64,000 nucleotides of DNA from Macrostomum hystrix (GCA_950097015.1 CATNEN010000038.1:31496001-31560000), one strand, 5' to 3'; shown: positions 13,026 through 30,276, numbered from the stretch's first letter. Translations and numbers: made by a program. The notes: generated by a model not told the origin, from the letters alone.

Positions 13026-13682
13026 TCTCTCTCTCTCACTCTCTCTTGTTTTCGTACTCTAAAACTGGATTCTATATAGTTTAGGAACAAGCAGGCTTTT
13101 TTAGTATAAGGACTAGCAAATTTAATTGGAGTTGCCTTGGTTCGAATCCTGATTTCAATTTTTTCGATACATATCGGAATCGATTCCAACGTTAGATTTT
13201 TGAAATTCAATGGGCAGTGTCCTCTCTCCTCTCTCCAGCTCTCTCTCTCCCTCTCTCCCTCTCTCTCAGGCCAGCACCGGTGTCTCGTACGACCGAGTCA
13301 GTGCCACGGAGTTGAGTGAGTATGGATTGAGTTGCGGGGCGCTGCCGAATCGATTACGATATGTTGAGATTGAAAGCTGGATTTGAACAAGCGCCTATAG
13401 CCTAATGGCTAGAGCGCTAGGCTAGACTCTACTGATGAGCTCCAATAAGAGCGAAACGCGTCTGGAGTTGCCTTGGTGCGAATCCTGATTTCAATTTTTT
13501 CGATACATATCGGAATCGATTCCAACATTAGATTTTTGAAATTCAATGGGCAGTGTCCTCTCTCCTCTTTCCCGCTCTCTCTCTCTCCCTCTCCCTCTCT
13601 CTTTCTAGTTTTCGTACTCTAAAACAGGATTCCATATAGTTTAGGAACAAGCAGGCTTTTTTAGTATAAGGACTAGCAAATT
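13026..13682 (+). mobile_element. tRNA-derived, hammerhead-containing SINE/retrozyme-like element (permuted tandem copy)
   Basis: Segment B (TGGAGTTGCCTTGG...GGGCAGTGTCCTCTCTCCTCT) occurs at 13127 and 13463. Segment A (TTTTCGTACTCTAAAAC...GACTAGCAAATT) occurs at ~13049 and ~13609. There is a tRNA-like 5' half at 13391-13423, B boxes at 13139 and 13475, and a hammerhead core between the tRNA-like half and the second B box. Confidence 0.7.
13426..13468 (+). ncRNA. Minimal type-I hammerhead ribozyme
   Basis: Reads ACTCTA-CTGATGA-GCTC(CAATAA)GAGC-GAAAC-GC-GTC^-TGGAGT. The catalytic core CUGAUGA/GAAA is complete, stem I (ACTCTA/TGGAGT, one G-U pair) and stem II pair, stem III is a short palindrome (ACGCGT), and the GUC cleavage site lies after 13462. 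Confidence 0.88.
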
Positions 13683-14565
13683 GAACCCCCTTCAGTTTGA
13701 CTAGATCAACGTTTGTGTCCTAAGTTTAAATATAATACTCAGCTTGAACTTCGTCTTATCAGTTTGATTAGCTCTGAATGTCATCCCCTTTGACATAAGT
13801 AAAGCTTTTTAACAAGCAGCTACAGTTGGAAAGATTACAACTATATTTAATTTTACTGACAGGAAACACAACAATTAGGCGAATTGCTCAAAATAGATTG
13901 CTTTAGTCAATAATGCCTACTGTAAGTAGGGTTTAAAGAAATTAAACGGCATTTAAAAGACCACTGATTGTACAGTTTAGATAAGCGAGGCGCACAGGCA
14001 GAAAAAATAATAAAAACATTAACAAAACCTACAAAATTCTAAAAATTGTCCATTTGAAAGCTAAAATTTGATAGTCAAAAAAGTAATGCGGCATAAAAAA
14101 TTATCTTTTGTCCAGAATCAATATCAATAATATTAGTAATAAACAGATGTGCAAATCTGTTCTGACATTGTCATCGTCACGGCAGTGGTAAAGTACATTT
14201 TTTAGTTGCAGCATCAAAATTTTGCCAAAAATCGATAGAAGAAAAGCAAGGATTTTTTCGTTACTTTCATTACGCTATAAAGTGGACCCAGCTGTTGAGA
14301 CTGGCTATGGAGTGATAAGACAGTTTCCTAGAGAAATCCAATCAGCATGCATTGCCAGGTTTTTGTGAGCTAACAGAGATGATTCATTTACATGGCATCG
14401 CGTCTCCTTCTCCCGGTTCTAGCTCAGGTGCTTCTGAAGAAAATATGGAAGCTATTTCTGCGAGTATTTAGCGCAATGTGTGTTTAGATTGGTACACAAC
14501 ACGAAAGCCGCATATATACCTATGGATACTTACTAGTACTTTACCGCGCGGAACATGCCAATGAC

Positions 14566-15392
14566 AGATTCAGGCTACGATTCTAGCTACGATTCTAGCT
14601 ACGATTCCAGCTACGATTCCAGCTACGATTCCAGCTACGATTTTAGCTACGATTCTTGCTACGATTTTAGCTACGATTCTAGCTACGATTCTAGCTACGA
14701 TTCAAGCTACGATTCTAGCTACGATTCCAGCTACGAATCCAGCTACGATTCTTGCTACGATTTTAGCTACGATTCTAGCTACGATTCTAGCCACGATTCA
14801 AGCTACGATTCCAGCTACGATTCCAGCTACGATTCCAGCTACGATTCCAGCTACGATTTTAGCTACGATTCTTGCTACGATTTTAGCTACGATTCTAGCT
14901 ACGATTCTAGCTACGATCCAAGCTACGATTCTAGCTACGATTCCAGCTACGAATCCAGCTACGATTCTTGCTACGATTTTAGCTACGATTCTAGCTACGA
15001 TTCTAGCTACGATTCAAGCTACGATTCCAGCTACGATTCCAGCTACGATTCCAGCTACGATTCCAGCTGCGATTCTAGCTACGATTCCAGCTACGATTCT
15101 AGCTACGAATCCAGCTACGATTCTAGCTACGATTCTAGCTACGATTCTAGCTACGATTCTAGCTACGATTCCAGCTACGATTCTAGCTATGATTTTAGCT
15201 ATGATTCTTGCTACGATTCTAGCTTCGAGTCCAGCTACGATTCTTGCTACGATTCTAGCTACGATTCTAGCTACGATTCTAGTTACGAATCCAGCTACGA
15301 TTCTAGCTACGATTCTAGCTACGATTCTAGCTACGATTCTAGCTACGGTTCTAGCTACGATTCTAGCTACGATTCTAGCTACTATTATAGCT
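14566..15392. repeat. 12-bp minisatellite (AGCTACGATTCT/C)
   Basis: Tandem units. The (SSYD)n ORF is an artefact. Confidence 0.93.
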
Positions 15393-16172
15393 AAGGCTCT
15401 GTATATAGCTACCGATTCTATTCTAGCGTAAAACCTCGAAAACTACTGACACCGGTGAGTAGTATAAACGAACAATCAGCGCAGTCAGCACACGTCAATT
15501 TTGGCTCTTAGAGAAAAAGTTAGTAGTAACATGAAAAAATAAAAGGAGAATTAAAACGATAGCTTGTTCTAACAAAGATAAAAAGAAAATATTAAATTTG
15601 AAAAATAATTGTATAGTTCTTCACATCTTTTTTTGCACTTCAATCTAGCATTCAACCTTGGTGCCAACATAAGCCACCTGACTAGCATCCGCAGTAGCAG
15701 GGGAGATCACACTGTCATCGGCAGAAGCCGCGGGCGGCGGCGGCGGCGGCGAGGGCTCCTGGACATCAAGTCTTCTTCTCAGATTGTCGTTGCTAAGTGA
15801 TTCGAGAAATCTAAAAAACAAGAACGTAATAATATTTTTCTTTTACGGTCGCAAATTTTTTTAAACCTATATTCGGTTTCTAGGGATTCTTAGAATCTCA
15901 ATTTTGTCGCCAAGGATCTTCTTAGAATCCCAATTCGGTCGTCAAGGACTCTTAGAATCTCCATTTGGTTGCCAGGGGCTCTTGAAATCCCAATTTGGTC
16001 GCTAAGGATTCTTAGAATATTCATTTGGCTGCCAAGGATCATTTGAACCCCAACTTGGTTGCCAGGGACTCTTAGAATCACCATTTGGTTGCCAGGGACT
16101 CTTAGAATCCCGATTCGATTGCCAAGTATTCCTAGAATCCCCATTTGGTTGCAGATACTGTTTGAATCCCTA

Positions 16173-19819
<3,647 letters not shown>

Positions 19820-20723
19820 GGTAACCTTGTACAGAAAGTTTTGTGAAAAATTCAACGAAAATCTGGACTATCGAAGCATGGGGTAAAAAAATTAGAAAAC
19901 GACTATAAGCTTTATCTGAGGTCTAGCTGAATACTAATTGTATAGCAACTAACTCTATTTGCTCAGTCTGAAGGAACGAGCACCCCCACTCCAATGCCTC
20001 CCCCCAAAAGTCTCCCCTCGTCCTTCTTTTTCAAAATCTAGGAGAAGAAAAAAGCGGAAGATGTACACAGAACACGTGCTGCAGTGTTGGTGTGAAAGGC
20101 GACTCTGACTTTGAGCATAGCATGTGAGCACATTCTGTTGAATCTCTGCTTTAATGGAAAGGAAAGTAATGAACGAATGATGAAGGAGCTGAGGGGTTTG
20201 GGGGCCATTGTTACCATTATGCAAAGGTTTCCGCTGTACTCAAGGCCACCCGGAAGGTTTGACTTGCCTTACCGTCTCTCATACCCACTGGGGAGGGCTA
20301 TGGGAATCCTGTTGTCATGGCGACAATAATAAATAAACAGGAATTCTAGCTTCAGCCGACACGCACACAGCTAGAATGCAAGTCCACATAGAAATCCCAC
20401 TAGCCCAATAGTCAATCGTGAGCTTATGCTCAAAATCAGCTCAGAACTTTATTTCTTTGAAAACTATGACTCAAAGAACGGAGGACTCAATCTTATTATA
20501 ACGAGAAAGAGGAAATTTATAAGCTTGAGTCACATAATTCTCAAATGAAGCTCTTATAAGAGATAAGTTGAGACTATTTTCTAGTAAAAGTTCATCAGAT
20601 TTTTTTATAGACATGGGAAAGCAATGTAGGTGTTGGATAAATAATGTAATGCTTTATCCCATCTTAAAATACAAGTAAAAATGTACTTTCTGCAACTTCT
20701 TAACAAAATTTCGTTCTCGTTGT

Positions 20724-23295
20724 CTCATAGATATCAATAGCTTTCTCATGATATCTATGAGAAGGCTATTGATATCTATGAGAAGGCTATTGATATCTAT
20801 GAGAAGGCTATTGATAATCTATGAGAAGGCTATTGATAATCTATGAGAAGGCTATTGATAATCTATGAGAAGGCTATTGATAATCTATGAGAAGGCTATT
20901 GATAATCTATGAGAAGGCTATTGATAATCTATGAGAAGGCTATTGATATCTATGAGAAGACTATTGAAATCTACGAGAAGGCTAATGATAATCTATGTGA
21001 AGGCTATTGATAATCTATGAGAAGGCTATTGATATCTATGAGAAGGCTATTGATATCTATGAGAAGGCTATTGATATTTATGAGAAGGCTATTGATAATC
21101 TATGAGAAGGCTATTGATAATCTATGAGAAGGCTATTGATAATCTATGAGAAGGCTATTGATATCTATGAGAAGGCTATTGATAATCTATGTGAAGGCTA
21201 TTGATAATCTATGAGAAGGCTATTGATAATCTATGTGAAGGCTATTGATATCTATGAGAAGGCTATTGAAATCTACGAGAAGGCTATTGATATCTATGAG
21301 AAGGCAAATGATAATCTATGAGAAGGCTATTGATATCTATGAGAAGGCTATTGATATTTATGAGAAGGCTATTGATATTTATGAGAAGGCTATTGATAAT
21401 CTATGAGAAGGCTATTGATATTTATGAGAAGGCTATTGATATCTATGAGAAGGCTATTGATAATCTATGAGAAGGCTATTGATAATCTATGAGAAGGCTA
21501 TTGATATTTATGAGAAGGCTATTGATATCTACGAGAAGGCTAATGATAATCTATGTGAAGGCTATTGATAATCTATGAGAAGGCTATTGATATCTATGAG
21601 AAGGCTATTGATATTTATGAGAAGGCTATTGATAATCTATGAGAAGGCTATTGATAATCTATGAGAAGGCTATTGATAATCTATGAGAAGGCTATTGATA
21701 TCTATGAGAAGGCTATTGATAATCTATGTGAAGGCTATTGATAATCTATGTGAAGGCTATTGATATCTATGAGAAGGCTATTGAAATCTACGAGAAGGCT
21801 ATTGAAATCTACGAGAAGGCTAATGATAATCTATGTGAAGGCTATTGATAATCTATGAGAAGGCTATTGATAATCTATGTGAAGGCTAATGATAATCTAT
21901 GAGAAGGCTAATGATAATCTATGTGAAGGCTAATGATAATCTATGAGAAGGCTAATGATAATCTATGTGAAGGCTATTGATAATCTATGAGAAGGCTATT
22001 GATAATCTATGAGAAGGCTAATGATAATCTATGTGAAGGCTATTGATAATCTATGAGAAGGCTAATGATAATCTATGAGAAGGCTAATGATAATCTATGA
22101 GAAGGCTAATGATAATCTATGTGAAGGCTAATGATAATCTATGAGAAGGCTAATGATAATCTATGTGAAGGCTATTGAAATCTACGAGAAGGCTAATGAT
22201 AATCTATGAGAAGGCTATTGATAATCTATGAGAAGGCTATTGAAATCTACGAGAAGGCTAATGATAATCTATGTGAAGGCTATTGATAATCTATGAGAAG
22301 GCTATTGATAATCTATGAGAAGGCTATTGATAATCTATGTGAAGGCTATTGATATCTATGAGAAGGCTATTGAAATCTACGAGAAGGCTATTGATAATCT
22401 ATGAGAAGGCAAATGATAATCTATGAGAAGGCTATTGATATCTATGAGAAGGCTATTGATATCTATGAGAAGGCTATTGATATTTATAAGAAGGCTATTG
22501 ATAATCTATGAGAAGGCTATTGATAATCTATGAGAAGGCTATTGATATCTATGAGAAGGCTATTGATAATCTATGAGAAGGCTATTGATATCTATGAGAA
22601 GGCTATTGATAATCTATGAGAAGGCTAATGATAATCTATGAGAAGGCTATTGATAATCTATGAGAAGGCTAATGATAATCTATGAGAAGGCTATTGATAA
22701 TCTATGAGAAGGCTATTGATATCTATGAGAAGGCTATTGATAATCTATGAGAAGGCTATTGATATCTATGAGAAGGCTATTGATATCTATGAGAAGGCTA
22801 TTGATAATCTATGAGAAGGCTATTGATATTTATGAGAAGGCTAATGATAATCTACGAGAAGGCTAATGATAATCTATGTGAAGGCTATTGATAATCTATG
22901 AGAAGGCTATTGATATCTATGAGAAGGCTATTGATATCTATGAGAAGGCTATTGATATCTATGAGAAGGCTATTGATATTTATGAGAAGGCTATTGATAA
23001 TCTATGAGAAGGCTATTGATAATCTATGAGAAGGCTAATGATAATCTATGTGAAGGCTATTGATAATCTATGAGAAGGCTAATGATAATCTATGTGAAGG
23101 CTATTGATATCTATGAGAAGGCTAATGATATCTATGAGAAGGCTATTGATAATCTATGTGAAGGCTATTGATAATCTATGTGAAGGCTATTGATATCTAT
23201 GAGAAGGCTATTGATATCTATGAGAAGGCTATTGATAATCTATGAGAAGGCTATTGATAATCTATGAGAAGGCTATTGATAATCTATGAGAAGGC
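20724..23295. repeat. 21/22-bp minisatellite (CTATGAGAAGGCTATTGATAAT), starting with an inverted unit
   Basis: Tandem units. 20724-20749 is the reverse complement of the unit. Confidence 0.95.
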
Positions 23296-23640
23296 GGAGG
23301 AAATAAAAATTTGGGTTCTTCGAATACTCCCTGTGGTCTTGCTGCTCCTAATGATTCTAATTTCAACCCTGCTGGATTTTTCGGAAAGTTAGGCCCTATT
23401 AGAATAATTATTTTCATCCAAAAATATTCCTGAAACTTTTCTCCTAAGAGAAAATTAAAGTTGCGCACCGATCTCGAGGGAAACTTGCTGGAGTCAAGAT
23501 CGAGTTGAAAATTTCTACTTGCCCGCTATTGCATGACTAACTAGGGTATATAGAGATCGTTTGTTAAAGTACTAAAAAAGTGAAGAGGCTGGATCTAAAT
23601 TAAAAATTCACTACAAAAATGTGAGAACTTAACTTTTTAA

Positions 23641-24510
23641 GGGTGAGTCAGACATTGTTAGGGACAGTCCGACATTGTTAGCGACAGTCAGACTTTGTTA
23701 GGGACAGTCAGACATTGTTAGGGACAGTCAGACATTGTTAGCGACAGTCAGACTTTGTTAGGGACAGTCAGACATTGTTAGGGACAGTCCGACATTGTGA
23801 GGGACAGTCAGACTTTGTTAGGGACAGTCAGACTTTGTTAGGGACAGTCAGACATTGTTAGGGACAGTCAGACTTTGTTAGGGACAGTCAGACTTTGTTA
23901 GGGACAGTCAGACTTTGTTAGGGACAGTCAGACTTTGTTAGGGACAGTCAGACTTTGTTAGGGACAGTCAGACTTTGTTAGGGACAGTCAGACTTTGTTA
24001 GGGACAGTCAGACTTTGTTAGGGACAGTCAGACTTTGTTAGGGACAGTCAGACATTGTTAGGGACAGTCAGACTTTGTTAGGGACAGTCAGACTTTGTTA
24101 GGGACAGTCAGACATTGCTAGGGACAGTCAGACATTGTTAGGGACAGTCAGACATTGCTAGGGACAGTCAGACATTGCTAGGGACAGTCAGACATTGTTA
24201 GGGACAGTCAGACATTGTGAGGGACAGTCAGACATTGTTAGGGACTGTCAGACATTGTGAGGGACAGTCAGACATTGTTAGGGACAGTCAGACATTGTTA
24301 GGGACAGTCAGACATTGCTAGGGAGAGTCAGACATTGCTAGGGACTGTCAGACATTGTTAGGGACAGTCAGACATTGCTAGGGACAGTCAGACATTGCTA
24401 GGGAGAGTCAGACATTGCTAGGGACTGTCAGACATTGTTAGGGACAGTCAGACATTGCTAGGGACAGTCAGACATTGCTAGGGACAGTCAGACATTGTTA
24501 GGGACACTCA
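23641..24510. repeat. 20-bp minisatellite (GGGACAGTCAGACA/TTTGTTA)
   Basis: Directly visible. Confidence 0.95.
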
Positions 24511-25119
24511 GGGCACATTAAAAATCAGACCCTTAGACTTCAAGTCTCATTAAACAAAACAAATTTTCCAAATCAAAGAGAACAGTGTATTTTAGGATGT
24601 ACTTTAATTATTTTCGTGCAAAGAATATTGCTTGCAGAAAGATATAAATAGGGAGAGAAGAGATAGCGAAAAGCTCTATCAGACACAATGGAACCTGTCA
24701 GAGCCGTTTGAAAAAGCTGCTGTGAAACATCTGGTGTAATCCATGAGAGAGGAACAGTGTCACTCGTTTTTTAAACACTGCGAAATTCAGCGAAACAAAA
24801 TTGAACTGACGCGGTCACCTTTTTTCGGAACTTCAAGCTCCGAAAGGAAATTTGCTGAAAAAAAGATTAAACAAGAACACTGCAGCTGTCATTCTGGCGC
24901 TGACAAACAATAATCCGTGCGAGCTACGCAGTTGTTTATATTCATCCCGAAGTAATAATACCCAGCCTAGGATTTCGCCAGCCAAACGGATTTTTTGCAC
25001 GATCTTTCCACTCAATAATCTTTCGTTCCCGTTCGCATTGGCGCTTCTATAAGCACAAAACTGATTAATTAATTGGCCAAAAGTCGAAAAAAATACGATG
25101 ATTTTTTTGTTTCGTGACA

Positions 25120-25730
25120 TTTGGCACCATGGCTTCGTGAGATATGGTACGTTGTTTTCGTGAGATTTGGTTCCGAGGTTTCGAAGAGTTTAGTACCGAG
25201 GTTTCGAAGAGTTTAGTACCGAGGTTTCCTAGAGTTTAGTACCGAGGTTTCGTAGAGTTTAGTACCGAGGTTTCGTAGAGTTTAGTACCGAGGTTTCGTA
25301 GAGTTTAGTACCGAGGTTTCGTAGAGTTTAGTACCGAGGTTTCGTAGAGTTTAGTACCGAGGTTTCCTAGAGTTTAGTACCGAGGTTTCCTAGAGTTTAG
25401 TACCGAGGTTTCCTAGAGTTTAGTACCGAGGTTTCGTAGAGTTTAGTACCGAGGTTTCCTAGAGTTTAGTACCGAGGTTTCGTAGAGTTAAGTACCGAGG
25501 TTTCGTAGAGTTTAGTACGAAGATTTCCTAGAGTTTAGTACCAAGGTTTCGTAGAGTTTAGTACCGAGGTTTTGTGACATTTAGTACCGTCTTTTCGCGA
25601 CGTTTGGTACCGTGATATGTGAGATTTGGTACCGTGATTTAGTGAGATTTGGTATTGTGGTTTAGTGAGATTTTGTATTGTGGTTTATTGAGATTTGGTA
25701 CGTGTTTTCGTATAATTTTGTACCCGAGTT
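25120..25730. repeat. 23-bp minisatellite (TAGTACCGAGGTTTCGTAGAGTT) with degenerate edges
   Basis: Directly visible. Confidence 0.9.
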
Positions 25731-26001
25731 TCATAGGATTATTTTAGGTATTTTTTTGGTCGTCAGATCTATTAATTGTGATGCAAAAGAGAATTTTCTT
25801 GAAGGCATTAGCGTTGATCTCGCGCGGTTTGGTGTCATTAAAAATGTTTAATTTTGATGAATTCGTTAACGAACAGTCCATTGTACGATCGTAGCACTGT
25901 TTAAAATAATGAGCATAAAAGTACAGTCAGTATTGTTTCTGATGTCCGATCGAAGCAAGGCAAATAAGGGAGTCTTTCTTAGTTTCTTAGGCGGTCAAAC
26001 T

Positions 26002-29000
26002 TCAGACGTGCGTTTCCGGTCCGAAGCTAACCGTTGAACCGAAGGCGGGACATTGTGGCAGATCAAGCCGACACTGCTGATGCTCTGCCCGCTCTAATTG
26101 GCAATTCTCGTCTTCGTCGTCTTCCACCTGGCGTTGAAGAAGTTCGACGGAGGCTGGCGACAGCAGTTCGCCATGAGATTTCTCAACTTTCATTGCTGCC
26201 AAACCTTTGGCTGGAACGCCGGTTGCCAACGCGTTACCACGACTGTGCAGCCACTTGGCTAGGCTGCTGACGCACCGGAAGGCTGCGTAGGCCAGCAGAG
26301 TGAAGCCGACCTCCAGGCATTCGAACAGGCTGATCAAGGAGGTGCCAAGCCAGAGGCCCAGTGAGCCTCCGATGCGGGACAGCAGCTGCGGCGGCAGGAA
26401 GCTTCTCTCAACCTGCAGCAGGCGGACAGTGAGCGAGCGCGGATAGATCTTCAACAGCAGGAAGTGGCGCTGGACGAAGCTGTGCAGCTCCGAGCAGCGC
26501 TCCAGGGCTTCTAGGATGTGGGGCTGCCGACGCCAGACGGGATGGTCCAGCTTCCACTGGGTGAGGTTGCGGTGGCACGAGTCCATGGTGAGATTGCGCA
26601 GCTTGAGGCTGGTGCCAAGGAGACTTGGATGATTCCCGGTGGCGTTCGTTGGCTCCAGGTAGTCGCTGAGTAGGCGGGAGATCTGGGATGTTGGGATGTT
26701 GGGAAGAAGATGTTGGGGTGGTGAGTGACCGGTGGAAAACAAGACGACAGATAGCGGACGAAATTCTTGAAATCCAGTAGCTTTCTCAAGCCTAAAATCT
26801 ATTTAAACCTAGAATATAGTCCACTGTCTTACTGACCAATGACCTACCCAACCTAGAATCTACCCAACCTAGAATCTACCCAACTAAGAATCTACCCAAC
26901 CTAGAATCTACCCAACTAAGAATCTACTCAACTAAGAATCTACCCAACCTAGAATCTACCCAACCTAGAATCTACCCAATATAGAACCTACCCAAGATAG
27001 AATATAATCAAGCTAGAGTCTGAACCCAGATTCAGCTCATTGAACTAGCCAGGCAAGCAGTGAGTCACTACCAATCAAACAGAAGCAGCCCCTTAGCAAC
27101 AATGCAACGGTTCCAACCTCCATCATCTGTTTGTAGCTGTCGTCACTGCCCGGTACAGCTAGGTGCGGCCACAGGCCAGTAGTGATAGCCGCCGAGTAGG
27201 ACTCAGATTGGCAAACGTCCGGGCAGGCTGCAGCTGCCTCGGCAGCTTCGTCCGGCTCCACGGGTGGTCCCTGCTTGGCCTCCCGGTGGTAGCAGAGGAA
27301 CGCTTGGTAGCGACGATAGACATCCGGGAAGTGTTTGCTGAGGTTCTGTAGCGATATCTGCCAATCATGAGGCGGAAGTTTTATTCGAGTAAAATAAACT
27401 TAACCTTTTTGTATTTTGACAAGTGCTAAGTGCTGATTAAGCTTCTAGACCTTCTAGACATTCATTTTTTCTTACCCGCCCCTGATCGTTGATTGGCGGA
27501 CAAGCTTGTAGACCGATTCAGTTTTTCTTTCCCACCACTGATCACTGATTTGCTGATAAGATTATCGACCCATTATAGCTTCCTATCCTCCCCCCGATCA
27601 CTGATTGGCTGAACAGTTAGCTTATCAGGTCATTTTATTTTTTAAACCCGCTTTTATTAGTTCGTTTTTTGTTGAAGGCGGGATAGTTGTGAGAACGAAA
27701 TAACGTAACCCTCAATTTGCTGACCCTTGATGCCATTTCCTAGAAAGTTTTACCTTACAGTAAACATAACCTCTTACCATATCTTGTTCTTAACCCACCC
27801 ATAGCTCACAGACCAAGGTGCGCTCACCTGGTGCTTATCTGAAGGCAAAGTCGGCACAATGATGTCGTCAAATTTATTTAACTCTCCCGTCTCATTCATG
27901 CCGGGCTTGTTAAAATCCGACCGACGGACCAGCAGATGACAGTACGGCACGCGCTCCCACACTGCCCCGTTGGATTCCAGCCGGCTGGCGGTCTTGAATG
28001 ACGATCGGAAATCTTCCAACCAAACTGGACCCTCTGGCACACAGCCGCAGCGCTTCAACAGAGCCTGGCTTGCCTGCCGTTGGGCGCAGTCGTTCAGCGT
28101 GTCGGTGTAGTTGAAGCTGCGACCCAGCTGGGAGTCGTAGGCGATCCGACTCTGCCTTCGTCGACAAGGATTGTTCGGCGTGTCGGCCAGCTGGGTGTTC
28201 TGCTGTTCCAGTGCCACCGTGGTCACGTGACCCAAACTGACCGAGTGCGAGTTCTCCAACGGGTGCGGCCTTGTGCCACGAGCGTGCAGCGTCACCAGGT
28301 AGCCTTCGGTATCGAATGCCATCTCGCGGGGTCGGGTTTTGTAGCCCATCTTGCCGACCAGCTGAGCCTGCTCGAGCTCGCCATCGGCTGCCGGATTGTA
28401 CAGGATCAGGATCAGGCCGCTAATTGTGTCCGGCCGGCCGATGCGGCGCTCATCTGAGAGAGGTCGATAGTTCGAATCTCATAATAATAATAATTGTGAG
28501 GTCGGTTGTCAATCGGTTGGTTCTGTGGCCTTCGCAGTCCAAGGACTGTCCAGCTAGCGGTAGGGTGCCTTGGAAAGCACCGCGAAAGAAGAATCCCTGT
28601 GCTCAGAGAAGAATGAGTACTGCCCAGAGAAGAATGAGTACTGCCCAGAGAATAATGAGTTGTATGCTCAGAGAAGAATCAGCTGTGCTCAGAGAAGAAT
28701 GAGTGGCGTGCTCAGAGCAGATCAGCTGTGCTCAGAGAAGAATGAGTGGCGTGCTCAGAGCAGATCAGCTGTGCTCAGAGAAGAATCAGCTGTGCTCAGA
28801 GAAGAATCAGCTGTGCTCAGAGAAGAATCAGCTGTGCTCAGAGAAGAATGAGTGGCGTGCTCAGAGCAGATCAGCTGTGCTCAGAGAAGAATGAGTGATG
28901 TGCTCAGAGCAGATCAGCTGTGCTCAGAGAAGAATGAGTGGCGTGCTCAGAGAAGATCAGCTGTGCTCAGAGAAGAATGAGCTGTGCTCAGAGAAGAATG

Positions 29001-29979
29001 AGTGGTGTGCTCAGAGCAGATGAGCTGTGCTCAGAGAAGAATGAGTGGTGTGCTCAGAGCAGATGAGCTGTGCTCAGAGAAGAATGAGTGGCGTGGTCAG
29101 AGCAGATCAGCTGTGCTCAGAGAAGAATGAGTGGCGTGGTCAGAGCAGATCAGCTGTGCTCAGAGAAGAATGAGTGATGTGCTCAGAGCAGATCAGCTGT
29201 GCTCAGAGAAGAATCAGCTGCTTTGAGAGAAGAATGAGCTGTGCTCACAGGTACTCACTTGGCACAAAGGTGAAGCAGTTGCCGTAGGATCTGTCAAATA
29301 CAACCGTGAAATTCTCGTGCGAGCAAGGCTGCTGGTTGTAGCGGCAGTAGATGACCAGGTCCTCTGGGAAAGTACTACTGCCGGTGAAGTTGACATAATG
29401 CTCATAGCGGTACAGAGGCCTCACGTCGAGATCGCGCCAGATTCCGCCGCGCGACTGCAGCTTGTCGTTGGCAATGCCCAGACGCGGCAAAAAGAATGAC
29501 CGAGTCTTCATCGGGTTCTCCGGATTGCAGATTGTTACGTCGGGAAATTGGAAACTATTTAAAGCCAGCTTGGAGCTGCTGGACACCGGGTAGAGCGAAT
29601 ACTCGGCCGCTTCGCTCCAGATGTGAAGGCACAGACCGGCTGAGGCTAGCAGTAGTACAGCTGCCCAGCATAGCTGGCCCGGCCACCAGCTGTCCTGTGA
29701 GCACAGCCTGTTGAGACCGTGCAGCGAAGCCCGGCTAGCCAAACTAGATAGACGACGCAACAGTCGGGCATCGTGCGAGTTCATTCGATGAAGCCGCTGC
29801 TCTTGCAGTTGCTGCTGCTGCTGCTGCTGGCCGTCGCGACCTGCTCGACTGTGCGAGCTGCCGGCGCTGTGTCGGATTCGGCGCCGACTGGCTGATGACG
29901 GAGCTGGCATTGAAGGTGATCTACAAATGGTCTGTTCTAAGTTCTTCTGTACCGGCCTCTGTGAGTGCGCCTGTGACAT
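26002..29979 (-). CDS. DEG/ENaC (ASIC/FaNaC-like) amiloride-sensitive sodium channel subunit
   Basis: Exons 29979-29259 (SLHGLNRL HG motif, TM1 LCWAAVLLLASAGLCLHIW, FPDVTICN, YGNCFTF), 28453-27828 (GLILILY, Cys-rich thumb RCGCVP), 27357-~27118 (CPDVC..ESY...GLWP) and ~26791-26002 (LKIYP, TM2 LLSRIGGSLGLWLGTSLISLFE). The exon 3/4 junction is unresolved. Confidence 0.92.
26843..27000. repeat. 16-bp intronic minisatellite (CCCAACCTAGAATCTA)
   Basis: Directly visible. Confidence 0.88.
28597..29247. repeat. ~21-bp composite intronic minisatellite (GCTGTGCTCAGAGAAGAATCA / GTGCTCAGAGCAGATCA)
   Basis: Directly visible. Confidence 0.9.
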
Positions 29980-30071
29980 TGACTGGCTTTTATTGCGGCT
30001 TTGCCGATAGGGGGATGGTGAATTCCTATTGGCTGCTGAAACCCATGTCTTTCTGTCGTATCGCTGATTTG

Positions 30072-30126
<55 letters not shown>

Positions 30127-30211
30127 ATATCTATATATATTATATATCCATCTATCTGTCTATCTATCTATCTATCTATCTATCTATATATATTATATAT
30201 CCATCTATCTG

Positions 30212-30276
<65 letters not shown>

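Noticed and set aside
13391-13490. Functional tRNA gene
   Set aside because: Only the D-arm/A box and a mutated B box are tRNA-like. The anticodon arm is replaced by a hammerhead and there is no 3' acceptor strand.
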